DNA of 64,000 nt from Eledone cirrhosa (Eukaryota), in assembly GCA_964016885.1 (NCBI GenBank), contig OZ024753.1, positions 37,138,001-37,202,000 on the forward strand. Reading direction: 5' to 3'. The notes beneath the pieces were generated by a model. The model did no database searches. It was not told the origin of the DNA and saw only the letters and a list, made by a program, of their open reading frames with translations. Of this stretch, positions 14,160 through 27,786 are shown piece by piece (position 1 is the first letter of the stretch; every line of letters starts with the position of its first letter). A program made the translations under genes and the position numbers.

Positions 14160-14297
14160 TACGTGGATTCTGGATATATATTATCGCGAGATAACTACGC
14201 TTAAAAAAGATACTCAATACGCCAGTAGAGTAAAGGCAAATTTATTTTTTTATGGACATGACTTCTACAAGACTAGAACTGTTTCATTCGTAAGACA
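14160..14297 (-). mobile_element. 5'-truncated PLE-like end related to family E
   Basis: Minus strand ...CGAAT-GAAACAGTTCTAGTC^TTGTAGAAG matches the 41.2 kb element; tail carries GTATTGAGTAT; flanked by TA runs. Confidence 0.65.
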
Positions 14298-14371
14298 TAT
14301 ATATATAATATATACATGTTATTCTGTTTATATTCTGTAAAAGAGTACTGTCGTTATGCAGGTGAAATAAT

Positions 14372-14558
14372 TGTTTCTACTTTTGGCACAAGGCCAGCAA
14401 TTACCCAGTACATTACTGGTACTTTATTTTATCGACCCCGTAAGGATGAAAGGCAAAGTTAACCTCGGCGGGATTTGAACTTAGACTGTAAAGGGACGTA
14501 ACTATGCTAGAAAGCATGGCGTCCAACCCTCTACCGATACTACCAATTCACCACCCAT
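14372..14558 (-). mobile_element. SINE family 1 with 19-bp TSD
   Basis: GTTATGCAGGTGAAATAAT at 14353-14371 and 14559-14577. Confidence 0.93.
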
Positions 14559-14772
14559 GTTATGCAGGTGAAATAATGGTTTTAAATAATTGATTTTTAT
14601 GTTGTTCTTGTTAAAAAATTATGAGATATGTTGCTTTGTCAATGTGATTATCGAGAAAGGAAAATAATTGCTTACACACACACATACACAAAAGTGTATA
14701 TATATATATATATATACATACATACATATAATATATATATATATAATTTCCTATATATATATATACATATAT

Positions 14773-14979
14773 ATAGGAGAAAGTATGACCCCGGCGGCAG
14801 AGCTCAAGCCGTTTCGACGGCTATTTCTGGACTCACTCAGTCCAGAAATAGCCGTCGAAACGGCTTGAGCTCTGCCGTCGGGGTCATACTTTCTCCTATT
14901 ACCCACTCTACTACCCTAAGTATTGAGTATTCTGGTGCGTTATGGTCCATCTGGTTCCTTACCACAGCTCCTCCGTTAT
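14773..14979 (+). mobile_element. Fold-back element, family A (hairpin 14773-14899 plus 80-nt tail)
   Basis: ATAGGAGAAAGTATGACCCCG...CGGGGTCATACTTTCTCCTAT palindrome with CACTC apex, in TA-rich flanks. Confidence 0.9.
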
Positions 14980-15409
14980 ACATACATATATATATATGAG
15001 AGAGAGATTTAAAGTGAACTTAATGACAAGGATGTGTGATCATCACACCACGAAAAAGTGTCAACGTTTCGTAAAATTAGCATCATTATTATTAATTTCA
15101 TTAGTTTTCGGTATCATTCGGTAAAACTATTCCTTAGGTCTGCGACTTTGATTGATTATATTCGCAGAGATATTCTTTATGTTGTCTAACACATATATAC
15201 ACACACATTCAACACATATATACACACACACATTCACATATAGGGATGTATATATGTGTATATATATTTATGTGTGTGCGCGCGCGCTCGTGTCTCTGTG
15301 TGTGTGTATTTGTGCTTGTATGTGCGTAGCAAGAGCATATGTGTATACATTCGCAAACACAAATATATATACCTATGTGCACACGCTCACACATACACGC
15401 ACATTCACA

Positions 15410-17345
15410 CCCAAACACATACACACACGCTCACAAATACCCGCACATACACACACGCTCACAAATACCCACACATACACACACGCTCACAAATACCCAC
15501 ACATACACACACGCTCACAAATACCCACACATACACACACGCTCACAAATACCCGCACATACACACACGCTCACAAATACCCACACATACACACACGCTC
15601 ACAAATACCCACACATACACACACGCTCACAAATACCCGCACATACACACACGCTCACAAATACCCACACATACACACACGCTCACAAATACCCACACAT
15701 ACACACACGCTCACAAATACCCGCACATACACACGCGCTCACAAATACCCACACATACACACACGCTCACAAATACCCACACATACACACACGCTCACAA
15801 ATACCCACACATACACACACGCTCACAAATACCCGCACATACACACGCGCTCACAAATACCCGCACATACACACACGCTCACAAATACCCGCACATACAC
15901 ACACGCTCACAAATACCCGCACATACACACACGCTCACAAATACCCACACATACACACACGCTCACAAATACCCACACATACACACGCGCTCACAAATAC
16001 CCACACATACACACACGCTCACAAATACCCACACATACACACACGCTCACAAATACCCGCACATACACACGCGCTCACAAATACCCGCACATACACACAC
16101 GCTCACAAATACCCACACATACACACACGCTCACAAATACCCACACATACACACACGCTCACAAATACCCACACATACACACGCGCTCACATACACCCGC
16201 ACATTCATACCCGAACACATACACACACGCTCACAAATACCCGCACATACACACACGCTCACAAATACCCACACATACACACACGCTCACAAATACCCAC
16301 ACATACACACACGCTCACAAATACCCACACATACACACACGCTCACAAATACCCACACATACACACACGCTCACAAATACCCGCACATACACACGCGCTC
16401 ACAAATACCCGCACATACACACGCGCTCACAAATACCCGCACATACACACACGCTCACAAATACCCACACATACACACACGCTCACAAATACCCACACAT
16501 ACACACGCGCTCACATACACCCGCACATTCATACCCGAACACATACACACACGCTCACAAATACCCGCACATACACACACGCTCACAAATACCCACACAT
16601 ACACACACGCTCACAAATACCCGCACATACACACGCGCTCACAAATACCCGCACATACACACACGCTCACAAATACCCACACATACACACGCGCTCACAT
16701 ACACCCGCACATTCATACCCGAACACATACACACACGCTCACAAATACCCACACATACACACACGCTCACAAATACCCACACATACACACACGCTCACAA
16801 ATACCCACACATACACACACGCTCACAAATACCCACACATACACACACGCTCACAAATACCCACACATACACACACGCTCACAAATACCCGCACATACAC
16901 ACACGCTCACAAATACCCACACATACACACACGCTCACAAATACCCGCACATACACACGCGCTCACAAATACCCGCACATACACACACGCTCACAAATAC
17001 CCACACATACACACACGCTCACAAATACCCGCACATACACACACGCTCACAAATACCCACACATACACACACGCTCACAAATACCCGCACATACACACAC
17101 GCTCACAAATACCCACACATACACACACGCTCACAAATACCCACACATACACACACGCTCACAAATACCCGCACATACACACGCGCTCACAAATACCCGC
17201 ACATACACACACGCTCACAAATACCCACACATACACACACGCTCACAAATACCCACACATACACACACGCTCACAAATACCCGCACATACACACACGCTC
17301 ACAAATACCCACACATACACACGCGCTCACATTCATACCCGAACA
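15410..17345. repeat. 28-bp minisatellite (CACATACACACACGCTCACAAATACCC[A/G])n
   Basis: A stop-free 28-mer explains the three overlapping 670-740 aa ORFs; variant units recur at ~16180, 16505, 16690 and 17320. Confidence 0.97.
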
Positions 17346-17738
17346 CACATGTATATATAAAGGTTTATTTATAAATAAGACTTAGGTTACAGTTCGGGAA
17401 TTGCTATGAGACAAATTGACAAAATTATATTCTTCATATTTGGAATTAGACGCAATTCCCCCGAGCTGGAAAGATCACATAACATTTATTTTGTTGTAGA
17501 TTAGTCAAAATCAAGTGTAATGTTCTTGATACTTTTTTTAAGGGGATTCCCGTGTGGGGGATAGAGGTGAAGGGTAGAAAGGTATCCTCAACAAGGAGGA
17601 TACCTTTCAAATGCTCGTAGCAAAGAGGATTCCGTTAAATGAACGTAACGGCCAATTTTTTGTGTTAAACCAGGCGATGGATTAACTCTTTTGATATCAA
17701 CCCGTCCATTGTTCTACAACATTAAACTGCTTGTTTAA

Positions 17739-17950
17739 CCCTTTAGCAGTATACGGACAGAATTCTCTCACCTCTTTCTGTTCAAACCAGCCATAACCGG
17801 CTGTTCATACTTATGTTAAGGTATTGATCTAAAAATAAATAACATTAAAATCTCATAGATTCGATATTATGTGAGATAATTATGTGAGATCAAGTGTTTA
17901 CCATGAAAATAGAATAGTGTATATAGAATAGTATATATAATACTAAAGGT
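17739..17950. mobile_element. piggyBac-like MITE (copy 1)
   Basis: TTAA-CCCTTTAGCAGT ... AATACTAAAGGT-TTAA; homologous over its length to 61447-61666. Confidence 0.75.
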
Positions 17951-18049
17951 TTAAATATTTTACATTTATCTTAAAACTTAGGTGTTGGATTGTCAGTATC
18001 AGTAGAATGCAAAAGCCTTACAAATATAAATATATATATATATTTACAA

Positions 18050-18081
<32 letters not shown>

Positions 18082-18087
18082 TTACAA

Positions 18088-18122
<35 letters not shown>

Positions 18123-18124
<2 letters not shown>

Positions 18125-18716
18125 AGCAAGAAAGTGTTGGTAAAATCCAGTACTTCAGTATGCGGAAAAGGAGCACTCAACGAAGATATAAGTTCCGGAG
18201 TTATAATAGTGACGAAACATAAGTCAATTGCATGAGCTCATAATCCTTTATTTACTGCTATATATATATTTCGATGATAGCCATTGAATGGCTATGACCT
18301 CATCAGGCAGTTAGTCGTTAGTCAGTTCTTAGATATGCCAGCTCTGTGTTTATGGTGTTGATGGTATCAGAGCCTTGGGACATATGAGTTTGTTAGGAAT
18401 ATTTGTCATCTTGCCTGACGGTTTGAACTTTACAACACCACCTGCCTCTTTGAGGTCAAATACCAACCCTACTAGCATCTACAAACTGACCAATGAGAAT
18501 TAAGACTATTCCTGCTGGCAACATTAAATTATTCCTAACAAGCTCATATGTCCCAAGGCTCTGATACCATCAACACCATAAACACAGAGCTAGCATATCT
18601 AAGAACTGACTAACTGCTTGATGAGGTCATAGCCATTCAATGGCTATCATCGAAATATATATAGCAGTAAATAAAGGATTATGAGTTCATGCAATTGACT
18701 TATGTTTCATCACTAT
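18123..18716 (-). mobile_element. Fold-back PLE-like element, family C (arms ~18206-18402 and ~18529-18716; tail 18123-18205)
   Basis: ~190-bp inverted arms with a ~125-bp spacer, flanked by (TA)n; a hammerhead in each arm. Confidence 0.88.
18254..18311 (-). ncRNA. Type I hammerhead ribozyme (family C)
   Basis: ACUGC-CUGAUGA-GGUCAUAGCCAU(UCA)AUGGCUAUCAUC-GAAA-UAUAUAUA-UA^GCAGU. The plus-strand mirror at 18613-18668 has C3>U. Confidence 0.88.
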
Positions 18717-18735
18717 ATATATATATATATATAGA

Positions 18736-18793
<58 letters not shown>

Positions 18794-19544
18794 GTGTGTT
18801 TCTCTCTCTATGTGTGTATGTGCTCAAGCTGAGGCCTGTGAGTAAGTATTTGTTAGTTAAAGACCGACAGTCATTTGCATATAGACAATCGTTTTGCCTG
18901 GGATGATTATAGGAAATTGAAATAAGAATGAATAATGGTGCATTTTGACGTCAGTTCTTCTCTTTACCTCCCTTTACTGTAAGAACAAGTAAACACATTT
19001 TGCTGCAAAATCTTCCACAAACATCGCCAACAGGAAACAGAGGCCGATTATTTTCTTTTTTTTTTCTTGTATCTTTTTTTTTGTTTTACACAAAACTTAA
19101 ACCTTATTACATCTCCTTACCTTCTCTGCAAGTAAACAAAGTTTGCTGCAAATTTTCTGCAAGCATGGCAAACCGGAAATTGAGGAAGATTTTTTTAAAT
19201 TATATATATTTATTTATTTTTTATTTTTTTTACTCAAAAACTTAAGCTTTATTGCTTTGCAGTTATCTGCCACGTGGTTCTTCCGTCAGTAGTAGCAGCA
19301 GCAGCAGTGGCAGTAGTGGTAGTAGTAGTAGTAGCAGCAGTAGTAGTAGCAGTAGTAGTAGTGGTGGTGGTGGTGGTGGTTTGGTTGTTACTATTGTTTA
19401 ACTCTAGCTCAGTCTGATTTCTTTATTTAGACTGGTACTTTATTCATCATCTCCGCTTAGATGAAATGCAAAACCGACTCGACCTTCACTGGATTTGAAT
19501 TAAACTTCGATCTCAATTATGAGAAATATTTGTACGAAGTTGTC

Positions 19545-19815
19545 CGCCAAGAGCAAATAAATGTACGGAGATTCCACCAAGAGCAAATAAATGTACGGAG
19601 ATTCCGCCAAGAGCAAATAAATGTACGGAGATTCCGCCAAGAGCAAATAAATGTACGGAGATTCCGCCAAGAGCAAATAAATGTACGGAGATTCCGCCAA
19701 GAGCAAATAAATGTACGGAGATTCCGCCAAGAGCAAATAAATGTACGGAGATTCCGCCAAGAGCAAATAAATGTACAGAGATTTCCCATGGGACAAATAA
19801 ATGTACGAAGATGCT
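19545..19815. repeat. 30-bp minisatellite (CGCCAAGAGCAAATAAATGTACGGAGATTC)n, ~9 copies
   Basis: Direct tandem repetition; explains the RQEQINVRRF ORFs. Confidence 0.96.
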
Positions 19816-21125
19816 CGCCACGAAGAAAATTTAATTTACAAACATTTTCACCACGATTTTAAAATTTTGAACAATGTTAACAGAAATTAACCCTATTTTT
19901 ACCAACCTAGGCAAAACTGGCCCTTGTTCTATGAATGAAAACAATACATTTTAGAGGCTTCTTATTTAAATTAAAATCTTCCAACATAATTATCTGAAGT
20001 CGATAAATAAAGTGTCAATCCAAGGTGGATTGTACATAATGAAAGCTATACCCATTTTCACAAGAGAAGAATCTCTCACTCACTCCAAAATGGGAGGGAG
20101 ATTTCCCCGTCGAACGGGGCGAATTGACAGGTCTGCTACTTGGCAAATTCACATAATCAGTCACCCTGTTTAAAACCATTATCATCTGTCGCCTTTAACA
20201 GAGCAGAGGTCACTTCGTTGTAAGCATTCAAGCTTTGCCTCCAGTTTGAGGAAACATAATTCCCTCCAATTCTCCATCCTCCCAATCCCTGAGTCCCTGA
20301 AAGAAGATCATGGGCACTGCCATTCCCTTTAAGAGATAAAACTAAATAAGGACCTTCATCTGGTCATTGGGTGCCTTTAGCGGACGCCACTCTCTGGTAA
20401 GCATTCAGCGTTGGTCTCCTCCCCTCCCCTTTCCTATCTCTTTCTCTCATTTCCAACAATGTCAGCGACCCTGAAAAATAAGAAAAAAAGAAAAACCTTG
20501 GGCACAACACTGCCATCCCCTTTTGAGTAAACCATAAACAGCAAAAAAGGAACTTATAGAAAATTTGAAAAGTTTATTAAACAATGATAAGCTTGTCTGA
20601 CAGGAATGATAATTGAATAAGTAACGTAATTGTTACTCAACGAAGATATCTCAAAACTGAAGGATTTAGATTCTATTGAAGAAGATCTTGGAGAAATTAA
20701 GCGGTTTGCTTTGGTTCAGTGAAATGGCGCTGTCGCATTCATTTACAATGTCATGCTTCAGCGAGCATAGCGAATGAAGATCAAAAAGATAGCACATATA
20801 AGAAACAATTAAAAAAAAAAAAATATGTAAGAAAATTAAGACTAAAGTAAGGAAAAAAACCCAACAAAATACAAACGAACGACAAAAGAGTCTCTTCTTT
20901 TTTTTTCTTTCTTTTTTTTTTTTTCGCCTGTTGATAACACAACCTTCATACACAAGCAGATCAGAAGAAATGTGTACACAGTTACCCACAAATGCCAAGA
21001 GGGGAGGAGGAGGAGGAGGCGAGTAAAAGAGAAAGGTGGACGAGAGAGAGAGATGGAGATTGAGAGAGGCTGAAAGAAATGAGCCAAAAGGTGTGCTAGA
21101 GAGACATATATATATAGAGAGAGAG

Positions 21126-21181
<56 letters not shown>

Positions 21182-21328
21182 ACATAGTGTGTGTGTATGT
21201 CAATGTCTCTCTTGTATACATGTGTCTGCAATTTGTGCATCGATGCACGCGCATAGACATACTGTGTATTTCTAATTCACACTTGCAAATGCCGCACTTT
21301 TATACACACAGATACGATACAGTTATTT

Positions 21329-21371
<43 letters not shown>

Positions 21372-21374
21372 TAC

Positions 21375-22090
21375 ATGGGAGAGACTGAAAGAATTAAGGC
21401 TGTATTGTCTGGAGTAGAGAGGGGGAAGATAAACAGTGATATATGCATATCAAAGATCCTGGAAGTGCTAGCACCAAACTTTTACATTGAGAGCTGGACC
21501 AACCCTCCAACACGTCAATACTACACAGTGCCAAAGGGCTCATCCTCCACATTCAGAGTAAGACCCAGATATTGCAACAGTTTGGGGTTAAAAGATCTCC
21601 AGGTCTTTAATGTACTGCCAAAAAATTTGAGCGATACATGTGTGTGTGTGTGTGTGACAGCTCACACCTCTGCAGGTTTAGCTGGCCTCCTCCAAGGTAT
21701 ATCTCGTTGAAGGTGTCTTGGGTGATTTAATGATAGGGACCCCAGTCCTATCACCTCATTTCTACAGCTGAATAAACTGGAGCAACGTGAATTAAAGTGT
21801 CTTGCTCCACGAAACAACACATCACCGGGTCCAAGAATTGAACTCACAACCTTTCGATTGCAAGCCCAATGCTCTAACCACTAAACCATGCGTCTTCACG
21901 AGCGATACATGAAATGAATGTTTATGACATTTTCAAGAAGCATCTCGGCATTTTGCTGTGCAAGAGACTAGGTGAACCTGCAGCAAGCTAAGGGGCGTGA
22001 ATGAGAACAATGGCCTCATTGATCGATGGCCAGCCAAGGAAGGGTGATTATAGAAAGGCTAACAATAATTTGGCGGTGCCAGCCAAATAA
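21375..22090 (+). mobile_element. CR1/L2-group LINE 3' relic interrupted by a SINE
   Basis: Fragments WERLKELRLYCLE*R, KILE.LAPN, RYCNSLG...VFNVLPKNL and DIFKKHL...GEP match the typical RT C-terminal YWERLK.L.LYSLERRR...GP.LFN.LP...FK..LD..L...PDEP pattern. Confidence 0.8.
21641..21899 (-). mobile_element. SINE family 2, full length, 12-bp TSD
   Basis: tRNA head TGGTTTAGTGGTTAGAG...GAGTTCAATTC; TSD GAGCGATACATG at 21629-21640 and 21900-21911; (CA)n tail. Confidence 0.9.
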
Positions 22091-22228
22091 CTATGAAATA
22101 TTCTAAGAAAATCATTTATTGGTATATAAATCATTTCTTCAATACAACTTAACACACAAACACACATACATACAAACATACTTATATACATATATGTTTA
22201 TGTATATATGTATGTCTATAAGTGTGAG

Positions 22229-22328
<100 letters not shown>

Positions 22329-22423
22329 GGTACTTGGCTAATTCACTCATTATCATTTAATGACCACACCCAGAAAAAGATGATGACTATATTTGACTTC
22401 CGCCTCATGTATATATATATATA

Positions 22424-22479
<56 letters not shown>

Positions 22480-23725
22480 TCATGTAATATATACACACAT
22501 ATAGTAAATGACGATATGCAAGCTTATACAAGATAGTCTTAGAGTTAAATAAATCTCTTGCTAATATTGTAAGTGGCTCTCACATTCACACCACTACATG
22601 TATAGGAAGTAGAGGAGACAGCTCAGTATACATATATCTGTATTTATAAAATCTTATATACATGTACATACTAACACACATACTATATATTTATATATAT
22701 AGTATGTATATATATACATATATATTTACAGAATATATATGCATGTATATATGTGTATATAAGTATGTCTCTATATATGTGTATATATGTATGTCTCTCT
22801 CTCTCTATATATATATGTGTATGTCTCTATATATGTATGTCTCTATATATGTTTAGATATTTATATATATATATATATATATACATACATATATATGCGT
22901 ATGTATGTGTGTATATATGTATATATATATGTATGTCTATATATTTTATGTGCGTATGTATGTGTGTATATATGTATATATATATGTATGTCTCTATATA
23001 TGTTTATATATATATATACATGCATACATATATGGGCGTATGTATGTGTGTATATATGTATATATATATGTATGTCTCTATATATGTTTATATATATATA
23101 TATATACATACATATATGTGTGTATATATGTATATATATGTATGTCTCTATATATGTTTATATATATATACATACATATATGTGCGTAATGTATGTGTGT
23201 ATATATGTATATATATATGTATGTCTCTATATATGTTTATATATGTTTACATATATATACATATATGTCCGTATGTATGTGTATATATATATATATATGT
23301 TTGTGTGTATAATTAAGTAAACGTTTGTGTTTACCAGCAGGAGGAAAAAGTACTCAATACAATAAGTAGGGTGCCTAGTTGTTATCTTGGTGCTAATATT
23401 TCAAACATTACAACTGTTAGTTTCGTATTTCCAATCTGATTTCATGATAATTTTTGGGCATTATTTCCTGTTATTTATTCATTAAACTTCGGAATTCTCT
23501 TAATTTGCTCTTTTTCCAAATATCTGCTGTTTTTCCCACTCTCATTTCTAATATCTTCTTAAATTTCGTCCTTTTAATCAGTCTATAATATAAAGTGTCT
23601 TATCCATTCAATTTCACAGTCCCCCGAAGAGTGGAATCGTTAACATAGTGAAATTAGTGCCTATAATGTGTGAAGTTTCGGCGTAAAAGTACAATATAAC
23701 ATAGTATAATATAATATATATAATA

Positions 23726-23888
23726 TAATTGTTTCTACTTTAGGCACAAGGCCAGCAATTACCCAGTGCATTACTGGTACTTTATTTTATCGACCCCGTA
23801 AGGATGAAAGGCAAAGTCAACCTTGGCGGGATTTGAACTCAGATCGTAAAGGGACGTAACTATGCTGGAAAGCATGGCGTCCGACCCA
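23726..23888 (-). mobile_element. SINE family 1
   Basis: Reverse-complement copy, slightly 5'-truncated. Confidence 0.9.
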
Positions 23889-23894
23889 CCGCCC

Positions 23895-23940
<46 letters not shown>

Positions 23941-23942
<2 letters not shown>

Positions 23943-24240
23943 ATGAACTATAGGAGCCCACTTGAATATATATCTATTGATGGTATACAAGCTCCTACAT
24001 AAATTGGTATAATTTCACCCAAATTGTAGGAATCCTATAATGAAACGAGACGTCCGTCTGGGAAGAGATATATTCGATATGTCTCATATGAAATAATACA
24101 GCCAATTTACCACGCAATACTTTTATTTAGCACCCCGAACGCATAATTAGGAATATAATCACTTATTTCCTAATGTTTGTTGAGTGAGTTGGAATTTGGC
24201 CGGATTATCGCTAAAAAGCTTTCTCCGATATTGTAGTTAT
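23941..24240 (+). mobile_element. Truncated PLE-like end with a hammerhead remnant bearing a very large stem II
   Basis: Between TA runs: GGATGA-ACTATAGGA...TCCTATAAT-GAAAC-GAGAC-GTC (23941-24054); TTGAGTG near 24180; ends GTTAT. Confidence 0.55.
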
Positions 24241-24359
24241 ATATATTTATATATATATATATATATATATGATAATAAGGGCGCTGCGGAGTTGCAAATG
24301 GGTTACATATGAAAAAAGTTTGTCCTTCATCAGTGATCTTCCAACTATCATAGGCATTT

Positions 24360-24440
<81 letters not shown>

Positions 24441-24962
24441 TGAAATGCGTATTTCACTGTTATATGTTCTCTTAAAATAACCCTGAAGGACATTCAATGT
24501 GTGTGACAAAGCTGGCAAATAACTTCTGCCCAGGAATTTTGCACACAGGGAAATCGAACTCAAGATCTTACAGTCAGTAATTCTTAGCTATTTGTCATAA
24601 GTAAAAAATACTCGAGTAGAAATATAATAGAAAGATGTATTTTTACTATATGTACGAATCTATATCATCCATGGTGTCTCTGACTCCTCAAGTCTCAGTG
24701 TCGCCGTGGCTGCCATACAGCGTGACTTTGGAATTTATACCTAATGAAGTTCATCGCTTTCCAGATCTGAACACAGTCAGTATTTTTTTCCAAGGAGAAT
24801 ACGAACTGGCCCTAGAATTATACTGACACTTTATCTATCGACTTGGAAAGGTTGAAATACAAAGTTGACCTCGACGTTATTTGAACTCAGCGTGTAGACA
24901 GGCGGGACACAAATTCTGCTAAGCATTCTATCTGGCGTACTCACCATTTTGCCAGTTTCTCG

Positions 24963-25137
24963 CCATGTTTTTCCGGCGCCGAAGACGCTACGTCCAACCC
25001 TAACACTAACCCTAATTTTGACAACCAAAAATTTGAGAAAAATAATAATAAATAACCTTCGGCCTCCAGAACGCATGGTAGATTTTTTTAGACTTATTTT
25101 AGGAAAAAAGTAGCGTCTTCGACGCCGGTAAATACGG
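24963..25137. mobile_element. Tc1/mariner-pogo-like MITE
   Basis: ~28-bp TIRs CCATGTTTTTCCGGCGCCGAAGACGCTAC / GTAGCGTCTTCGACGCCGGTAAATACGG followed by TA. Confidence 0.75.
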
Positions 25138-25339
25138 TAATTTTTACAAGTATTCCAAGTGTTAGTTAAGATAATATACCCGCTGTAGTTAAATTTCCAC
25201 CCGCTGACGGTGAATTTGAATCGCTGTTTGAAGTGATGTTAGGATGAACAGAAATAACACGTCCATTAGTGTATACCAGTTATGGAAATATAGCATTTTG
25301 TCGTATTTACAAGGCATTGACTAAAGCATATGTGCATGT

Positions 25340-25865
25340 ATGATTACATTGGTAAATATTTCAACACCAGCATGTGTGTTTTCTGTGCGTGTATATGAAT
25401 GTGTAGTTGCATTTGTAGGTATGTCAGTACCAGAATATGTGTATATATATGCATATATATATATGTATGTACAGTTGCATTTGTGAATATTTCAGTACCA
25501 GTATGTGTGTGTATATGTGCGTGTATATATGTATGTGTAGTTGTATTTGTGGGTATTTCAGTACCAGTATGTGTGTGTATATGTAGTTGTATTTGTGAAT
25601 ATTTCAGTACCAGCATATGTGTGTATATGTGCGTGTATATATGTATGTGTAGTTGTATTTGTGGGTATTTCAGTACCAGCATGTGTGTATATGTGTGTGT
25701 ATATGTATGTACGATTGCATTTGTGAATATTTCAATAACAGTATGTGTGTATAAGAATGTACAGTTGCATTTGTGAATATTTCCATGCTGGCATATGTGT
25801 ATATGCGTGTATATATATATATATAGCAACAATTGCATTTGTCAATATTTGAATAGCAGCATGTA
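25340..25865. repeat. Degenerate 45-65 bp compound tandem repeat (AGTTGTATTTGTGAATATTTCAGTACCAG + TG/TA)
   Basis: About 9 recognisable units. Confidence 0.85.
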
Positions 25866-25916
25866 TGTTCTTGCGTGTCTATGTTCCTATATGTTTAAAC
25901 CTGTATGTTTTTGAAC

Positions 25917-25952
<36 letters not shown>

Positions 25953-26075
25953 CCCCCGCTAGTCTGTTCCGGATTTAGACATAAACTAAACAATGTAAGG
26001 CTTAGAGCTTCAACAAACTGCAGGGGCTTAATAAAAGCTAAGAAAACATCCAAACAAAGGGGCATGATGTAAGCT

Positions 26076-26120
<45 letters not shown>

Positions 26121-26125
26121 GGTAA

Positions 26126-26194
<69 letters not shown>

Positions 26195-26601
26195 CATATA
26201 TGTGTGTACATATATATATATATATATAATATTATATGTTTGTGTACTTTGATATTTGCTCATATCCCGTAAATAAGTGATTCGATAAATAGAGATCAAT
26301 ACTAGACTTTAAAAATATGTGCTAAGATCGAGGATCGATATGATCGACTAAAAACCATCCAGGGCGGTGCCGAAGCATGGCTGCAGTCTAATGACTGAAA
26401 CCAGTAAAAATAAAACAAAATAATAATATTTTAATCATAAACGTTTTCTGCTTTCAAAGAAGAGAACACTTGAGAATGATCACCAGGAATGAACTAAACA
26501 GCTACTTGAAGAGCGTTTCAAATGAAGTAACAAACTCTTGAAAAATATTTCACTCCAATAGCAGATAAGATTCCACAAGACCAAAGTGATTCACAAACTC
26601 C

Positions 26602-27080
26602 ATAACAACAACTGTAACCTCACGTGTCTGTTACAGAGACAGTACTCTGGAATCTCAGCTTAAGGAAACACTAGAAGTTATGCCAATGTCCGCATTGTGG
26701 CTCAGACTCTATAACAACAACAGTAACCTCATATCTCTGATACTAAGGCTCAAGTCTGGAATCTCAGCTCAAGGAAACACTAGAAGTTATGCCAATGTCC
26801 GCATTGTGGCTCAGACTCTATAACAACAACAGTAACCTCATATCTCTGATACTAAGGCTCAAGTCTGGAATCTCAGCTCAAGGAAACACTAGAAGTTATG
26901 CCAATGTCCGCATTGTGGCTCAGACTCTATAACAACAACAGTAACCTCATATCTCTGATACTAAGGTTCAAGTCTGGAATCTCAGCTCAAGGAAACACTA
27001 GAAGTTATGCCAATGTTCGCATTGTGGCTCAGACTCTATAACGACAGTAACTTCATATCTCTGATACTGAGACTCAAGTC
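26602..27080. repeat. 109-bp tandem repeat, ~4.4 copies
   Basis: ATAAC...GTAAC unit starts recur at 26602, 26711, 26820, 26929 and 27038. Confidence 0.95.
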
Positions 27081-27352
27081 TCGCGTTAATATGAGGCAGT
27101 TGTTCCTCCTGTGATGTAACCATTCGCTAAAGTTAGGTGAACTGGAACATTCGAAAAGTGCAGTCAGTCATTTACTGAATGACATACAGTATAGATGCCC
27201 CCATCCCGCATTTATGTATCTATCTATGTATCTATGTATCTATGCATCTTTTCCTCCACGCGTGAAACTAATATACTTCATGTTATTGCACCCTATTGTT
27301 AGTTCGTTTCTTATTTCCTTGATATATATATGTACACACACACACACACACA

Positions 27353-27445
<93 letters not shown>

Positions 27446-27565
27446 TTCTGTGTGTGTGTGTAAATATACTGCACTTCTTAATATATATCATGTGTTAATG
27501 GTTGTGTATCTGTGAGTGTGTAAAACTGAAAAATATATATATATGTCCAGTTTTATATGTGTATG

Positions 27566-27628
<63 letters not shown>

Positions 27629-27748
27629 GTGTGTGTGTGTGTGTAAATATACTGCACTTCTTAATATATATCATGTGTTAATGGTTGTGTATCTGTGAGT
27701 GTGTAAAACTGAAAAATATATATATATGTCCAGTTTTATATGTGTATG

Positions 27749-27786
<38 letters not shown>

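Noticed and set aside
15152-17385. 670-740 aa ORFs as a His-rich protein gene
   Set aside because: All three frames are open because the 28-bp unit lacks stops.
19461-19862. RQEQINVRRF repeat protein or CRISPR-like array
   Set aside because: Head-to-tail 30-bp repeat with no unique spacers; the ORF starts in a SINE relic. The other tandem repeats likewise lack spacers.
20633-20722. Coiled-coil-looking peptide LLNEDISKLKDLDSIEEDLGEIKRFALVQ
   Set aside because: About 30 codons bounded by stops, with no start or clear acceptor.
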